Positions 34,228-44,112 of a DNA stretch of 64,000 nt are shown here, one piece after another. Under the pieces are notes generated by a model that saw only the letters and a program-made list of their open reading frames with translations, ran no database searches and was not told the DNA's origin. Position 1 is the stretch's first letter. Each line of letters starts with the position of its first letter. A program made the translations under genes and the position numbers. This DNA is from Alphaproteobacteria bacterium (lineage in GTDB: Bacteria > Pseudomonadota > Alphaproteobacteria > Micavibrionales > UBA2020): NCBI GenBank assembly GCA_046314385.1, contig JBKBWZ010000004.1:997-64996 (forward strand). Reading direction: 5' to 3'.

Positions 34228-35346
34228 TTACATCTTGTTTTGAGGCGTTTTTTTGTCTGCCGCTGCTTGATTGGGCTGGTTTTGCTTCGGCTGCGCATCG
34301 TTGGCGGGCGGCTTGGATGATGCTGTTTTGTTAAAAAACTGTTTGATGCTGAGCGCCGTATAAGACAAGCCCTTGCCAATTTTCTGCTGCATATGGCCGG
34401 TATGTGCCGCGAGCTTTTGTTTGACGGCCGCCGCTTTTTTTTGTTTATCCGGCATCACCTTTTGCAGCAGCGTCTTGACGCCGGTTTCAGCCGCATGGAA
34501 GGACAGCCCGACACCCAGCCCCGTAAGAAAGCCAATGCCCAGCTTCGCGGCGCTTTGCACATAAGGCGATGAGATCACGCCCGCCAAAGCTTCGCTGACG
34601 CCCGCGCCAAAGGCGGGAATACCATGGAACATCAGCCCGCCGCCCACCATAAAAATCGCCGCCGTGCCGGCAGCCGAGATACCGTTCATCACGCGCGGCT
34701 TTGCATCCAATATCAATTTCCCTGCCGCACGTTTTAACTGACCGGCTTTCGAAGGATCGGATGAATTTGCCATCCAGCCGCCTAGATCTTCCATCTTGAT
34801 GATGCCGGTGATAACCGTATAGGCACCGACTGTGGCCCCCACCGCCACACCCGACATAATCGCAGCCTGCATCGCAAAAGGCATCGCGGCGACAAAAGCC
34901 AAGGTGATGGCGACGATTTCCGCGGATAAAACCATATCTGTGCGCAGCGCTTCCTTGATTTTACGTGCGCGTGCCGCCGGCGTTGGAACGGTATCATGCT
35001 GATCACGCGCATGGGCTTCTGTTTCGCCTTTAAATGTCTTACGCAGTTTTTGAATGCCGGTGCGGCTGAAATAAACACCGCCCGCCGCAACAAGCGGTAG
35101 AACCGCCCAGGGCGCCAGAAAATTCAGCGCGAGCGCAGCAGGAACCAAAAGCGCCTTGTTCTTTAAAGACCCTTTGGCAATATCCAAAATCAAACCCGTG
35201 TCATGCTTGAAATAGACGCTGTTCTGTTTGTTGCTCTCTCCGCCTGCGCCGACAGGTTTTGTGATCGTTACCGTCTTTTCGGCGGTCACTTTGACCATCG
35301 TGGCGATTTCATCAATAAGGAGCACGAGTGCGCTGCCGCCGGCCAT
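34228..35346 (-). CDS. DUF808 (YedI-like) membrane protein with a Lys/Gln-rich C-terminal tail
   Basis: The N-terminus LVLLIDEIATMVKVTAEKT.. and the multi-TM body are typical of DUF808. Confidence 0.75.
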   Translation of the reverse strand: MAGGSALVLLIDEIATMVKVTAEKTVTITKPVGAGGESNKQNSVYFKHDTGLILDIAKGSLKNKALLVPAALALNFLAPWAVLPLVAAGGVYFSRTGIQKLRKTFKGETEAHARDQHDTVPTPAARARKIKEALRTDMVLSAEIVAITLAFVAAMPFAMQAAIMSGVAVGATVGAYTVITGIIKMEDLGGWMANSSDPSKAGQLKRAAGKLILDAKPRVMNGISAAGTAAIFMVGGGLMFHGIPAFGAGVSEALAGVISSPYVQSAAKLGIGFLTGLGVGLSFHAAETGVKTLLQKVMPDKQKKAAAVKQKLAAHTGHMQQKIGKGLSYTALSIKQFFNKTASSKPPANDAQPKQNQPNQAAADKKTPQNKM

Positions 35347-35470
35347 GTTGGGAGACTCCAGAAAATAAGGATATTTGAATAGGGGAACGATCCGCAGAAA
35401 GATGTATCACGGAAAACGGCAGCGATAGATTTAAATTTTTTTAACTTTTCCGGCGCGCTGTGGGGTATCC

Positions 35471-36394
35471 TTATCCGCTGGCGGCCTTTTCGCCGGCTTC
35501 TTTGCGCGCCTGAACGGATTTACGCTGTTTATACACATGCGCAAGAAAATCCGCCGTGATGTCGCTGCGCACCGCCGCCGCGGCCTGCGTCGGCAAAAAG
35601 AGGCGCACGCCAAAATAATAATGCCCCATATCGCTGGTGGAAACATCATAGGACGGCTCTGCGGGCCCAATCGCAATACCGGCGCGGCGGCGGATTTTGC
35701 GGTTAAAGGTCTGCGCTTCGGTGCGGAAGGGGGCAAAATATTTTTCAGTAATCTTTGCAAGTGCCGCGCTGGCCGCCTGCGGATCGATATCGGAAAATTG
35801 TACTGAAATTTTGACGTCTTCAAAAATGAAGGTTTTAAAGAAATTTGCGTTCTCGACATTCGATGAGAAAATCTTGCCGTTCGGTATGACAATTGTACGG
35901 CCGGTGAATTGATAGCTGCGGCTTTTCATGTCCACTTCCTGCAAGCGAAAGGAAAAGGCGTCGAGATCGACCACTTCGCCGGTTACCCCGTCAATGGTGA
36001 CCCAGTCACCGGCTTTGAACGGCTGGCTTGTCACGCGCATGATCGCCCCCATAAGACAGAGGATCATCTCTTTGGTCGCCACCACCACCGCCACGGCAAA
36101 GGCCGCGATAGAAAGCGCAAAAGTATGCAGCTGCGGCGCCCAGATCAGAATAAGTCCAATGACGATGGCAATCGCACTGCCGTTCTTGATAATAATAATC
36201 CAGCTGCGCTGCTCTTTGGCCAGCACTTCGCTGTCGCGCCAGATACGGCGGACCAGCAAACGGCGCACAAAGAAAACGACCGCAATCAGCACAACCGATG
36301 TAAACAGGCTGCTCGCGCTAAAAATAGCGCCGAAGTCGATACCGCTGAGATCGACCGCCGGCAGTTTTGCCAAAAGAATATCAAGATTGTCCAT
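35471..36394 (-). CDS. MscS-family mechanosensitive channel
   Basis: TSQPFKAGDWVTIDGVTGEVVDLDAFSFRLQ is the MscS beta-domain motif. The start MDNLDILL at 36394 lies 6 nt after GGAGGTG. The track start is 36484. Confidence 0.8.
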   Translation of the reverse strand: MDNLDILLAKLPAVDLSGIDFGAIFSASSLFTSVVLIAVVFFVRRLLVRRIWRDSEVLAKEQRSWIIIIKNGSAIAIVIGLILIWAPQLHTFALSIAAFAVAVVVATKEMILCLMGAIMRVTSQPFKAGDWVTIDGVTGEVVDLDAFSFRLQEVDMKSRSYQFTGRTIVIPNGKIFSSNVENANFFKTFIFEDVKISVQFSDIDPQAASAALAKITEKYFAPFRTEAQTFNRKIRRRAGIAIGPAEPSYDVSTSDMGHYYFGVRLFLPTQAAAAVRSDITADFLAHVYKQRKSVQARKEAGEKAASG

Positions 36395-36586
36395 GTCCGG
36401 CACCTCCCGTGCCTTTGCCGCTTCAGGGACGGGAATATACATATATTCTGACGTTTTGTCAGGAAAAACCACAGGCGCAGGCAAAAATCACCCCGGCAAA
36501 AGCGGCGCGGCCAGTTGAAACGCGGCACTTTTACGGCTAGATTATGCCGCCATACAGCCATCCTCCGCAGAAAGAGACAAAGACAT

Positions 36587-37033
36587 ATGCCCCGCACCGC
36601 CGCCAAACCCCGCCTTCTTGACCGCAAAGAAGGGCTTTACCTGAAACATACGGGCAGCATCAAGGGACGCGGCGTTTTCTGCACCCGCCCGATCAAAAAA
36701 GGCGAAGCTATCGAGGTGACGCCGTCTTTGCTGCTGAACGAGAACGAAACCCTGACCGTCGACCAAACCCATATGGTCAATTACACCTTTGTTACTGGTG
36801 ATATTTCAGCCAAGCTGCGCAAAAAGACCGGCATCAAAGACCCCGAACATGCAAGCAGCGTGCTGTTCGGCGTGATGACTTTTTGCAACCATGACGAAAA
36901 ACCGAACGCCATCATCGAATGGGAAGAAGACGACGGCACGGTCTATTTCACCCTGCGCGCCACCCGCGCCATCCCGAAAAACACCGAAATCTGCACAACC
37001 TATGGCGAAGGCTGGTTCGACGACCGCGCCTAG
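36587..37033 (+). CDS. SET-domain protein (putative lysine methyltransferase)
   Basis: GSIKGRGVFCTRPIKKGEAI...FCNHDEKPNA...EICTTYGEGWF. The start is placed at MPRTAAKP. Confidence 0.75.
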   Translation: MPRTAAKPRLLDRKEGLYLKHTGSIKGRGVFCTRPIKKGEAIEVTPSLLLNENETLTVDQTHMVNYTFVTGDISAKLRKKTGIKDPEHASSVLFGVMTFCNHDEKPNAIIEWEEDDGTVYFTLRATRAIPKNTEICTTYGEGWFDDRA

Positions 37034-37154
37034 AAAAGCAGGCCCCGCTGGATTGTTGAACGGCATCATTGGGCATGATATGCTTGGCCCTATGGTTCAG
37101 CCGCCTTGATACATTGCGCTGTCCCCAGCAACCTGCGGACACACAGGATTATGT

Positions 37155-38054
37155 ATGAGCAACCGGCATCTTCCGCTTTACGAATTTTTTTGGCATCTGG
37201 CGGAGGCGCAAAAAGCCGGCCTGCCGCTCCGGACAACACTTGACGATATTGCCGCCACCGCGCCCAGCCGCCGCCTGCGCATGGCTTATAACGATATAGC
37301 ACTCTTCTTGCAAAACGGCCGCACGCTGTCGGACGCGCTTGACGCGCACCCGCGCCTTTTTGATGCGACGCTGCGCGCACTGGTGCGTAGCGGCGAAGGC
37401 GCAGGGCGCATGGTCGAAGCCTTCCGCCGCTGCGCAGAGATTGTGCGCCTGCGCGCCACCCGTGCACGCGAAATGCGCCGCGCCACGCGGGAGCCGAAAA
37501 TCACCGCCTTTATCGTCGTTGCCCTGGGCGCCATCAGCGGTGCGCAGACGCTTGTTGACGGCGCGCTGTTGCTGCTGTTTTTTACCGTGGTGACGGTTGC
37601 GGGCTGGCGCCTGTCTCCGGCATTTCGCACCTTTATCTTATCCGGCCTGCTGCATATACCCGTAGTTGGTGCCATCTTGCGGCGCGATGCATGGGCACGC
37701 TTTGCCGAAAGCCTTGTCTTTTTGTATCAAAGTGGCGTACCCCTGCGCGAGGCCGCTGCGACCGCCGCCTCCGTACAACCGGCCGCAGGTATGAAATCTG
37801 TCTTTATGCGCATCGCCGGGCGGCTTGGCGAAAAATCGGGCCTTGAACAGGCTTTCGCCGCCGAAGCCGATGCTGACCGTCTGGTGCTCAGCATGGTGCG
37901 GGCGGGTGAGCGCAGCGGCAATATCGGCGCCAGTCTGAACGAAGCCGTTTTGCGGCTGGACGAAGAAAACGACCGCAGCATCACAGCCTTGCGCCAATAT
38001 ACGGGGCCGATGCTGGCGATTGTGCTGGGGATTGTGATTTACCGGTTTTTATAA
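37155..38054 (+). CDS. Orphan GspF/PilC-like (T2SS F domain) membrane protein
   Basis: LSDALDAHPRLFDATLRALVRSGEGAGRMVEAF and a second copy, GLEQAFAAEADADRLVLSMVRAGERSGNIGASL, are separated by TM segments. Confidence 0.65.
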   Translation: MSNRHLPLYEFFWHLAEAQKAGLPLRTTLDDIAATAPSRRLRMAYNDIALFLQNGRTLSDALDAHPRLFDATLRALVRSGEGAGRMVEAFRRCAEIVRLRATRAREMRRATREPKITAFIVVALGAISGAQTLVDGALLLLFFTVVTVAGWRLSPAFRTFILSGLLHIPVVGAILRRDAWARFAESLVFLYQSGVPLREAAATAASVQPAAGMKSVFMRIAGRLGEKSGLEQAFAAEADADRLVLSMVRAGERSGNIGASLNEAVLRLDEENDRSITALRQYTGPMLAIVLGIVIYRFL

Positions 38055-38062
38055 ACAGCGCG

Positions 38063-38872
38063 CTATTTGCGCTGCGCGACGACAAACATGACATCTTCGG
38101 TAAACAGCATGCCTTCTGGATTTTTTTCGGACGGAAAGGCGCGGTTCATCATCCAGATCAGATCCGAATGCGCCCATGACGACAGCTCCACCAGATGCCG
38201 CCCATACAAAAATTTCGCGGTCGATGCGGTAAACCAATGCTCCAGATATTTCTGCGTATCCGGCACTTCATGGCCGACGGTATAGGCTTTGACGCCAGAG
38301 ATGTGCCAGCCGAATTCAGCCAGCAGTGCGCGCCATTCGTTCAAATCCAGATAATAAAACGGGCTTTGCGCGCCATCGATGCGAAACTCTCCACGAACAT
38401 AGGCATCCACCATCTGCAAAAGCGCAGGCAGTCTTTCGCAGGTGCTGAACACAAAATAACTACCGCTCTGCGTCAGGGCATTGATATCCTGCATCAGCTT
38501 TTTCTTGTCCGGCACCCAGTGCAGCGCCCAATTCGACATCACGGCCCCCAGCGGGACACCGCCGATGCTGAGCCTGTCTATCTCTTCGGCGGCGGACTGG
38601 ATATAGGTCACGCGCGGATCGGCGTATTTTTCCCGCGCAACGGTCATCATATCGCGGTCCGGCTCGATAGCCGTCATGCGCTGCGTGCTTTGAAAAACGC
38701 CAAAAGACTGCACTGTGCGCCCGCCGGTACCTGCGCCGATGTCGAGCATGCTGCGAATGGCGGCCAGATCGCGGTCTGGTATGGCCTCGCGCACAAGCGC
38801 CATCAGGACATTGAACTGTTCCTGCTGGAAATCGCTGGTCTGGTCGTAACAGATGCCAAGGTGCTGTTTCAT
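38063..38872 (-). CDS. Class I SAM-dependent methyltransferase
   Basis: MLDIGAGTGGRTV is motif I. The start MKQHLG is at 38872. The longer track start at 38974 would overlap the SDR gene. Confidence 0.8.
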   Translation of the reverse strand: MKQHLGICYDQTSDFQQEQFNVLMALVREAIPDRDLAAIRSMLDIGAGTGGRTVQSFGVFQSTQRMTAIEPDRDMMTVAREKYADPRVTYIQSAAEEIDRLSIGGVPLGAVMSNWALHWVPDKKKLMQDINALTQSGSYFVFSTCERLPALLQMVDAYVRGEFRIDGAQSPFYYLDLNEWRALLAEFGWHISGVKAYTVGHEVPDTQKYLEHWFTASTAKFLYGRHLVELSSWAHSDLIWMMNRAFPSEKNPEGMLFTEDVMFVVAQRK

Positions 38873-38918
38873 ACCCGCAAGTTTAAGCAAATGCGCCCTG
38901 CCGAAGCAAGTGCCGCTT

Positions 38919-39698
38919 TCAGGTACCGGTTTTTGCCGGCACAAAGCGGCGCACCGCCGCAAAATAAAGGGCATAGGGCAGGCTGGCCAATGCCTTCATC
39001 ACAAGGGTAAAGCGGCGCGGGAAATGGATTTCAAATGACCGTCCCGCCAGACCGTCTGCCAAACGCCGCGCAGCCTCTTGCGGGGTGATCATCGCCGGCA
39101 TCGCAAAATCGTTTTTATCCGTCAGGGGCGTTTTGACGAAACCCGGGCTGATAAGCCGCACATCTATACCGTGCGCCGCTTCTTCGGCGCGCAAGCTTTG
39201 CGCCAAATTCATAATTGCCGCCTTGGTTGCACTGTAAGGCTGGCCGTTGGGTAAACCGACATAACCGGCGACGCTGCCGCACAGGGCGATCTGCCCTGAC
39301 CGCCGCGCACGCATTGCCGGCAGCACAGTATCAATAACATAAAAAGCAGCCGTCAAATTCGTAGAGATCATCTCCGATACCTTCGGCATATCCAGCGCCC
39401 GCAGTGCCATCGGCGTATAGGATGCGGAAAGCAGGATGACATGATCTATAGCACCCAGACGCTGCTCGGCCGCAGCAAAGCCTTCTTTGACAGCGGCAGC
39501 ATCTGTCACATCCAGCGGCAAAGAAAGATGATCGCTGCGCCCTGTCTCTGCTGCCAAAGCCTCCAGCGCCAAGGCGCCGCGCGCGCTGAGCGCCAGCCGT
39601 GCGCCGCGGCGCGACAACTCCAGCGCCAGCGCGCGGCCGATACCGGTCGAAGCACCGATCAACCAGACGTTTTTGCCGGCAAAGACGTTTTTGGTCAT
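38919..39698 (-). CDS. Short-chain dehydrogenase/reductase (SDR)
   Basis: GKNVWLIGASTGIGRALALEL, plus YSATKAA (the YxxxK motif). Confidence 0.9.
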   Translation of the reverse strand: MTKNVFAGKNVWLIGASTGIGRALALELSRRGARLALSARGALALEALAAETGRSDHLSLPLDVTDAAAVKEGFAAAEQRLGAIDHVILLSASYTPMALRALDMPKVSEMISTNLTAAFYVIDTVLPAMRARRSGQIALCGSVAGYVGLPNGQPYSATKAAIMNLAQSLRAEEAAHGIDVRLISPGFVKTPLTDKNDFAMPAMITPQEAARRLADGLAGRSFEIHFPRRFTLVMKALASLPYALYFAAVRRFVPAKTGT

Positions 39699-40234
39699 TG
39701 GGGTTCCTGCTTCTGCATAAAGAGCGTTAATTCCGCCACGGTCACGCCGAATTTTTTAAGGTATGACCTGTTTATAACGATACCGTCATTCATGCGGAAC
39801 ATCCAGTCGTCGAAGGCGATTTTATATGTCGTATTTCCGACGGGCAAATCCATGCTGTATTTCCAGCGCGCCGCGCTGCCGGAGGTTTCGCCTGTGGCTT
39901 TGCCGAGAATATCATCGGCGCGGCCTTCGTATCTGCCATCGGCAAGTTTTTTGATATGCCAGACACGTTTCTGCGTTTCGCCATCGTAATAAGTAAAGAC
40001 TTCTTCGAGCGTTCCGGTATCGCCACTCCATGTCCCTTTCATGACGACATCAAAACGGCGGATAACTTTGCCGCTACGATTTTGCACCAAGCCCCAGGCT
40101 TTGATATCGCCGCTAAAAAATTCCTCGAAGGCAATGTCAGGCGTTGTGCCCTTATACTCCTTCATCGGCGATGAACTACACCCCCCGAGCGCCATGACCA
40201 CCCCCAATACGATCGATGCCAACAGTTTTTTCAT
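39695..40234 (-). CDS. DUF3833-family lipoprotein
   Basis: The lipobox is LGGCSS. FFSGDIKAWGLVQNRSGKVIRRF is typical of DUF3833. Confidence 0.75.
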   Translation of the reverse strand: MKKLLASIVLGVVMALGGCSSSPMKEYKGTTPDIAFEEFFSGDIKAWGLVQNRSGKVIRRFDVVMKGTWSGDTGTLEEVFTYYDGETQKRVWHIKKLADGRYEGRADDILGKATGETSGSAARWKYSMDLPVGNTTYKIAFDDWMFRMNDGIVINRSYLKKFGVTVAELTLFMQKQEPQ

Positions 40235-41522
40235 GATCCTCTTCCTTGCGTGATTTGAAAAGATAAAACATCATCAGCCCCCCGGCCCCGACTTTGAGCA
40301 CGGCGGGCAAGAACGCATATAAAAACGACAGCCATGCCAATGCCGCCGGCCCGTTATCGGCGCGCGGCAGAAACCCTGCAAGGTCGAGCGCATAAAGACC
40401 GCCCGCCCCCGCCAGCGCCAGCGCCAGCTTCATCAAAAACGACATCAGCGCAAAACATGCCGCCGTCTGCGCACCGGCCCCGCGGCGGTCGATAACGGAC
40501 GATAAAAAAGCCGGCGGTAATGACAGCTCCGCACCAAGGGCAAGACCTGACGTCAGGCAGACAATCGCGTACAAGCCCATCGCCCCGGCAGGCGGTATGG
40601 CCACGGCAGCAGCAAAAACAACCCCCGCAAATAGCATGGAAGCGGCCCAGACCGGCCCCGCCCCCCATCGCGCCGCTGCGGCGCGCCAGAGCGGCATGCC
40701 GGCAAGCCCCGCAAGAAAATACAGCAATAAAAACCCGCCCAGATAGGCTTCGGCCACCAGATAGTCGCGGATATAAAACACTACCAGCACCGCCGGCAGC
40801 GCCGAGGCCAGCATGCTCAGGAAATAAACAATATAAAAAACCCCGTCGCGGGTTTTGACAACTTTGTGCGGCCATCTGTCGCTACTGCGGGTTTCTTCAG
40901 ATGTCGTATCCAGCGCCGCATGCGCCAACCAGCGCCGGAAAACCACGCCGCAGCCAATCGCCGCGGCAAGAAAGATCAGGGCATAAACGGAAAAGGACTC
41001 CTTGATCGTCAGGTTCATCTGCAAAAGACCGGGCAGCGTGATCGCCAGCACAAGACCGCAGAGACCGATGGCTTCGCGCATCGCGGTAATGCGCGCTTTT
41101 TCTGCAGGGGCGCGGCGCCACAGGCTGCCCAGCGCGCCCAGATTGATTGCCAGCACGCTAAAGCCCGTTGCCGCCACAACCATACAAAACGCAAACCACG
41201 CAAGCGGCGCTGCCGCCCAAGGATGAAACAGCAGCGCAAATCCCAGCACGAACATCACAAACCCGGCGGCAATAATCTTGCCGCGCTGCGCGGCATAGCG
41301 GTCACTGAAAAAGCCGATTAAAGGGTCTTGTACCGCATCAAACAGGCGGATGAGCAGCAGAACCCCCGCCAGTGCCGCCAGCGACACCGCGTATTCCGCC
41401 GCATAGAAATCAGGCGCCAGCACATAAAGCGGAATACCCGCAAAAGCGAGCGGAAAAGCCAAACTGCCGTAAGCTGCTAAATCACGATGTGAAAGCTGCG
41501 GCCTGTCTGGGCTGCTTGTCAT
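40176..41522 (-). CDS. MFS/GPH-type transporter
   Basis: 448 aa with about 12 hydrophobic segments. The motif DAVQDPLIGFFSDR is GPH-like. Confidence 0.8.
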   Translation of the reverse strand: MTSSPDRPQLSHRDLAAYGSLAFPLAFAGIPLYVLAPDFYAAEYAVSLAALAGVLLLIRLFDAVQDPLIGFFSDRYAAQRGKIIAAGFVMFVLGFALLFHPWAAAPLAWFAFCMVVAATGFSVLAINLGALGSLWRRAPAEKARITAMREAIGLCGLVLAITLPGLLQMNLTIKESFSVYALIFLAAAIGCGVVFRRWLAHAALDTTSEETRSSDRWPHKVVKTRDGVFYIVYFLSMLASALPAVLVVFYIRDYLVAEAYLGGFLLLYFLAGLAGMPLWRAAAARWGAGPVWAASMLFAGVVFAAAVAIPPAGAMGLYAIVCLTSGLALGAELSLPPAFLSSVIDRRGAGAQTAACFALMSFLMKLALALAGAGGLYALDLAGFLPRADNGPAALAWLSFLYAFLPAVLKVGAGGLMMFYLFKSRKEEDHEKTVGIDRIGGGHGARGV

Positions 41523-42067
41523 TTCCGCCCCGTCAGCGCCTGACGCAGCGCGGGCGCAGAAGTATCAGCCGCCAGCCATATCCCAAAAAAGTGCGGCGCA
41601 AAATCCGGATCATCAATCACACCCGCTATTTTTCCGTCGTGGTAAAAAGCAACACTGCCGTCTTTGCGCCGAATGCCTGTCAGGCTGGTGCCTTTGTCGA
41701 CATCGGGAAAAATACTGCGCATCTGGCGGTGCCAGATGGCAAGCCGGATTTCATCTTTAAAGCCCTGCCGGCGGATTTCCTCGCTCGATTTATCGGCGAT
41801 CTTACGGCCCTGAAGTTTGCGCAGATAGCTGAGACGCAGGGCAAAGGGCTTTTCTTCGCTGTAAACACCGCCGGGTGCAAAAAGCGCTGCATCATACACA
41901 TCCCAGACCATAACAGTAAGACGTCCGCCGCCGACATGGGCCGCATCGGTAATTTCATCTTTCACATAGGCGGGCGGCGCGGCGTCAGACGGGCGCTTTG
42001 CTTCCGCTTCGGGAACCGGCAAAAGCAGACAGGCAATCGCCAGTGAAAAAACAATCGCATTAAGCAT
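41519..42067 (-). CDS. Chalcone isomerase-like family protein (secreted)
   Basis: The start MLNAIVFSLAIACLLLPVPEAEA at 42067 follows GGAG and overlaps the upstream gene's stop. The cluster context is conserved. Confidence 0.75.
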   Translation of the reverse strand: MLNAIVFSLAIACLLLPVPEAEAKRPSDAAPPAYVKDEITDAAHVGGGRLTVMVWDVYDAALFAPGGVYSEEKPFALRLSYLRKLQGRKIADKSSEEIRRQGFKDEIRLAIWHRQMRSIFPDVDKGTSLTGIRRKDGSVAFYHDGKIAGVIDDPDFAPHFFGIWLAADTSAPALRQALTGRK

Positions 42068-43232
42068 GTTGAAGCTCCACCTGCATGACATCGGTGCGTC
42101 CGGTGCGGAAACCGGCGATACAGGCGGCCAGATAAAACCGCCACATACGCATAAAACCGTCGTCATAGCCAAGCGCGGCTATATCGGCGCGGCGTGCGTC
42201 AAATGTTTCCAGCCAGCGCTCCAGAGTGACGGCGTAATCTTTGCCGAAATCAAAACGGTCCGTCATGATAAATCCCGCCTTTTCCGCCTCGGCACGGAAG
42301 CGCGAAGGGCTGGGCAACATGCCGCCGGGGAAAATATAGCTGCGGATGAAATCACCGCTTTGCCGGTATTTTTCAAAGCGGTTATCATCAATTGTGATTG
42401 TCTGGATGACGGCTTTACCGCCGCGGCGCAAGAGTGAAGACACCTTGCTGAAGTACGTCGGCCAATATCTTTCGCCGACCGCTTCGAACATCTCGATTGA
42501 CACGATATGGTCGTAGCGGCCCTGCTGGTGGCGGTAATCTTCAAGCGCTATGTCCGCCTTGCCGCCCAGCCGCGCGGCAGCATAGCTGCGCTGCTTTTCG
42601 GAAAGGGTGACGCCTTTTACGTGGGTGTCGGAGCGCTCTGCGGCACGCGCGGCAAAGCCGCCCCAGCCGCAGCCGATTTCAAGAATACGGCCCGATGACG
42701 GCGCAAGACGGTCGATGATGCGGTCGTATTTACGCATTTGCGCCGATTGCAGATTTTCATCGGGATTGGCAAAAATAGCCGCCGAATAGGTCATCGACGG
42801 GTCGAGCCAGAGGCTGTAAAAATCATTGCCCAGATCATAATGCGCGCTGATGTTGCGCTTGCTGCCCGACAGCGTGTTGAGGCGCAAAAGCTGCGACAGG
42901 CGCGCCATCAGCTGCATACCGCCATTGCCAAAAATATACCCGTCGATCACATGGTCATTTTCCATGGCCAGTGACAGCAAATTGGGCAGGCAGGCGGTTT
43001 CCCAAAGCCCTGCTTTGTAGTCTTCGGCAAAGCCGATATCGCCGCGCACGGCCAAATTGGCGACAACGCGCCAGTCGTGCAGACTGAGACAGGCGGCGGG
43101 GCCCGGGCGGCGGCCTTCGAAAATGCGGGTTTGACCATCGGGCGTCACCAGCTCGAAGCGACCGCATTCAAGATTATCAAGCTTCTTCAGGAACTGGTCG
43201 GCGGCACGAAGAGCGAACACGGGAAACCTCAT
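42060..43232 (-). CDS. Cyclopropane-fatty-acyl-phospholipid synthase family methyltransferase
   Basis: AHYDLGNDFYSLWLD..ILEIGCGWGGFA..SIEMFEAVG. Confidence 0.9.
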   Translation of the reverse strand: MRFPVFALRAADQFLKKLDNLECGRFELVTPDGQTRIFEGRRPGPAACLSLHDWRVVANLAVRGDIGFAEDYKAGLWETACLPNLLSLAMENDHVIDGYIFGNGGMQLMARLSQLLRLNTLSGSKRNISAHYDLGNDFYSLWLDPSMTYSAAIFANPDENLQSAQMRKYDRIIDRLAPSSGRILEIGCGWGGFAARAAERSDTHVKGVTLSEKQRSYAAARLGGKADIALEDYRHQQGRYDHIVSIEMFEAVGERYWPTYFSKVSSLLRRGGKAVIQTITIDDNRFEKYRQSGDFIRSYIFPGGMLPSPSRFRAEAEKAGFIMTDRFDFGKDYAVTLERWLETFDARRADIAALGYDDGFMRMWRFYLAACIAGFRTGRTDVMQVELQHA

Positions 43233-43314
43233 CGATATGTACGGATAAAAAATTTCAGGATTGTTGCACCTTAAACAATAGCAAAGCCGGACTGAAATGC
43301 GCCTTACCGCAAGA

Positions 43315-44112
43315 TTACTTTTTTGTAAGATTGTCGACGGCTGTTATTTTTTCTTTGTTTTGAAGAGGCTTGGGTATGTATTTGATGCCCTTGGCCACCA
43401 GCTTCAGTGCCTGCCAGTGTATGCGCCAGAGCGCGACGAGTGCCACGGCCGGATGCCGCCAGAAGGCGCGCTGCCGTGCGGGACGGTTATAGTCGCAAAG
43501 CGTGCCCACGAGCGATGTCAGAAGCTGGCGGCGGCCATCGGGTTCGTAAAAATCAATCCATGCGCCGAATTTTTCCGGCTGCAACGCGAAGCGGAATTTA
43601 TAGCTGCCGTGCCGCTCCAGAAACGGGGAAACATGAAAGACTTTGCGCGCTTCAAGCCAGTCATCAGAGACGATTTCCCGTCCATCCGCATGGGCGCAAA
43701 GGTAACTGTGCATTTCACCAAATGTATTGTGCACTTCGCACAAAATCGCACGCACAGCGCCCGCGACATCACAGCACAGCCAAAAACTGACCGGATTAAA
43801 GACATGGCCGAAGCTGCGCGGCATTGTGACCAGAATAATCTCCCCGTCTGCCGTCGTCACACCCCAGTCTTGTAGATGCGCGCGGATCCATGGCTGCAGG
43901 GCGCTGCCGTCACGCGGGCCGTGATCTTTGTTGTAAAAAGACAAAAGCCCCCGCGCATTGACGCCAAAACGCCAGCCGTCCGAAAACCGCTCCAGCTGCG
44001 AAAGCGGCATCCACAGATAGTAAATACCATAGGTAAAAGCGTTCACCTTGGGGTAGGTGCGTTTATGCATGACGGTCGCAGTCAGAATTTGCGGCGCGGT
44101 TTTTACAGCCAT
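43315..44112 (-). CDS. DUF1365 family protein
   Basis: TATVMHKRTYPKVNAFTYGIYYLWMPL. It is the typical partner of the flanking FAD oxidoreductase and CFA synthase genes. Confidence 0.8.
   Translation of the reverse strand: MAVKTAPQILTATVMHKRTYPKVNAFTYGIYYLWMPLSQLERFSDGWRFGVNARGLLSFYNKDHGPRDGSALQPWIRAHLQDWGVTTADGEIILVTMPRSFGHVFNPVSFWLCCDVAGAVRAILCEVHNTFGEMHSYLCAHADGREIVSDDWLEARKVFHVSPFLERHGSYKFRFALQPEKFGAWIDFYEPDGRRQLLTSLVGTLCDYNRPARQRAFWRHPAVALVALWRIHWQALKLVAKGIKYIPKPLQNKEKITAVDNLTKK

Noticed and set aside
35909-36518. 180-aa and 196-aa plus-strand ORFs
   Set aside because: They are antisense to the MscS gene, and their products are His/Arg/Lys-rich low complexity. They are shadow ORFs.
38195-39010. 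271-aa plus-strand ORF
   Set aside because: It is antisense to the SAM-methyltransferase and SDR genes, which carry clear motifs.
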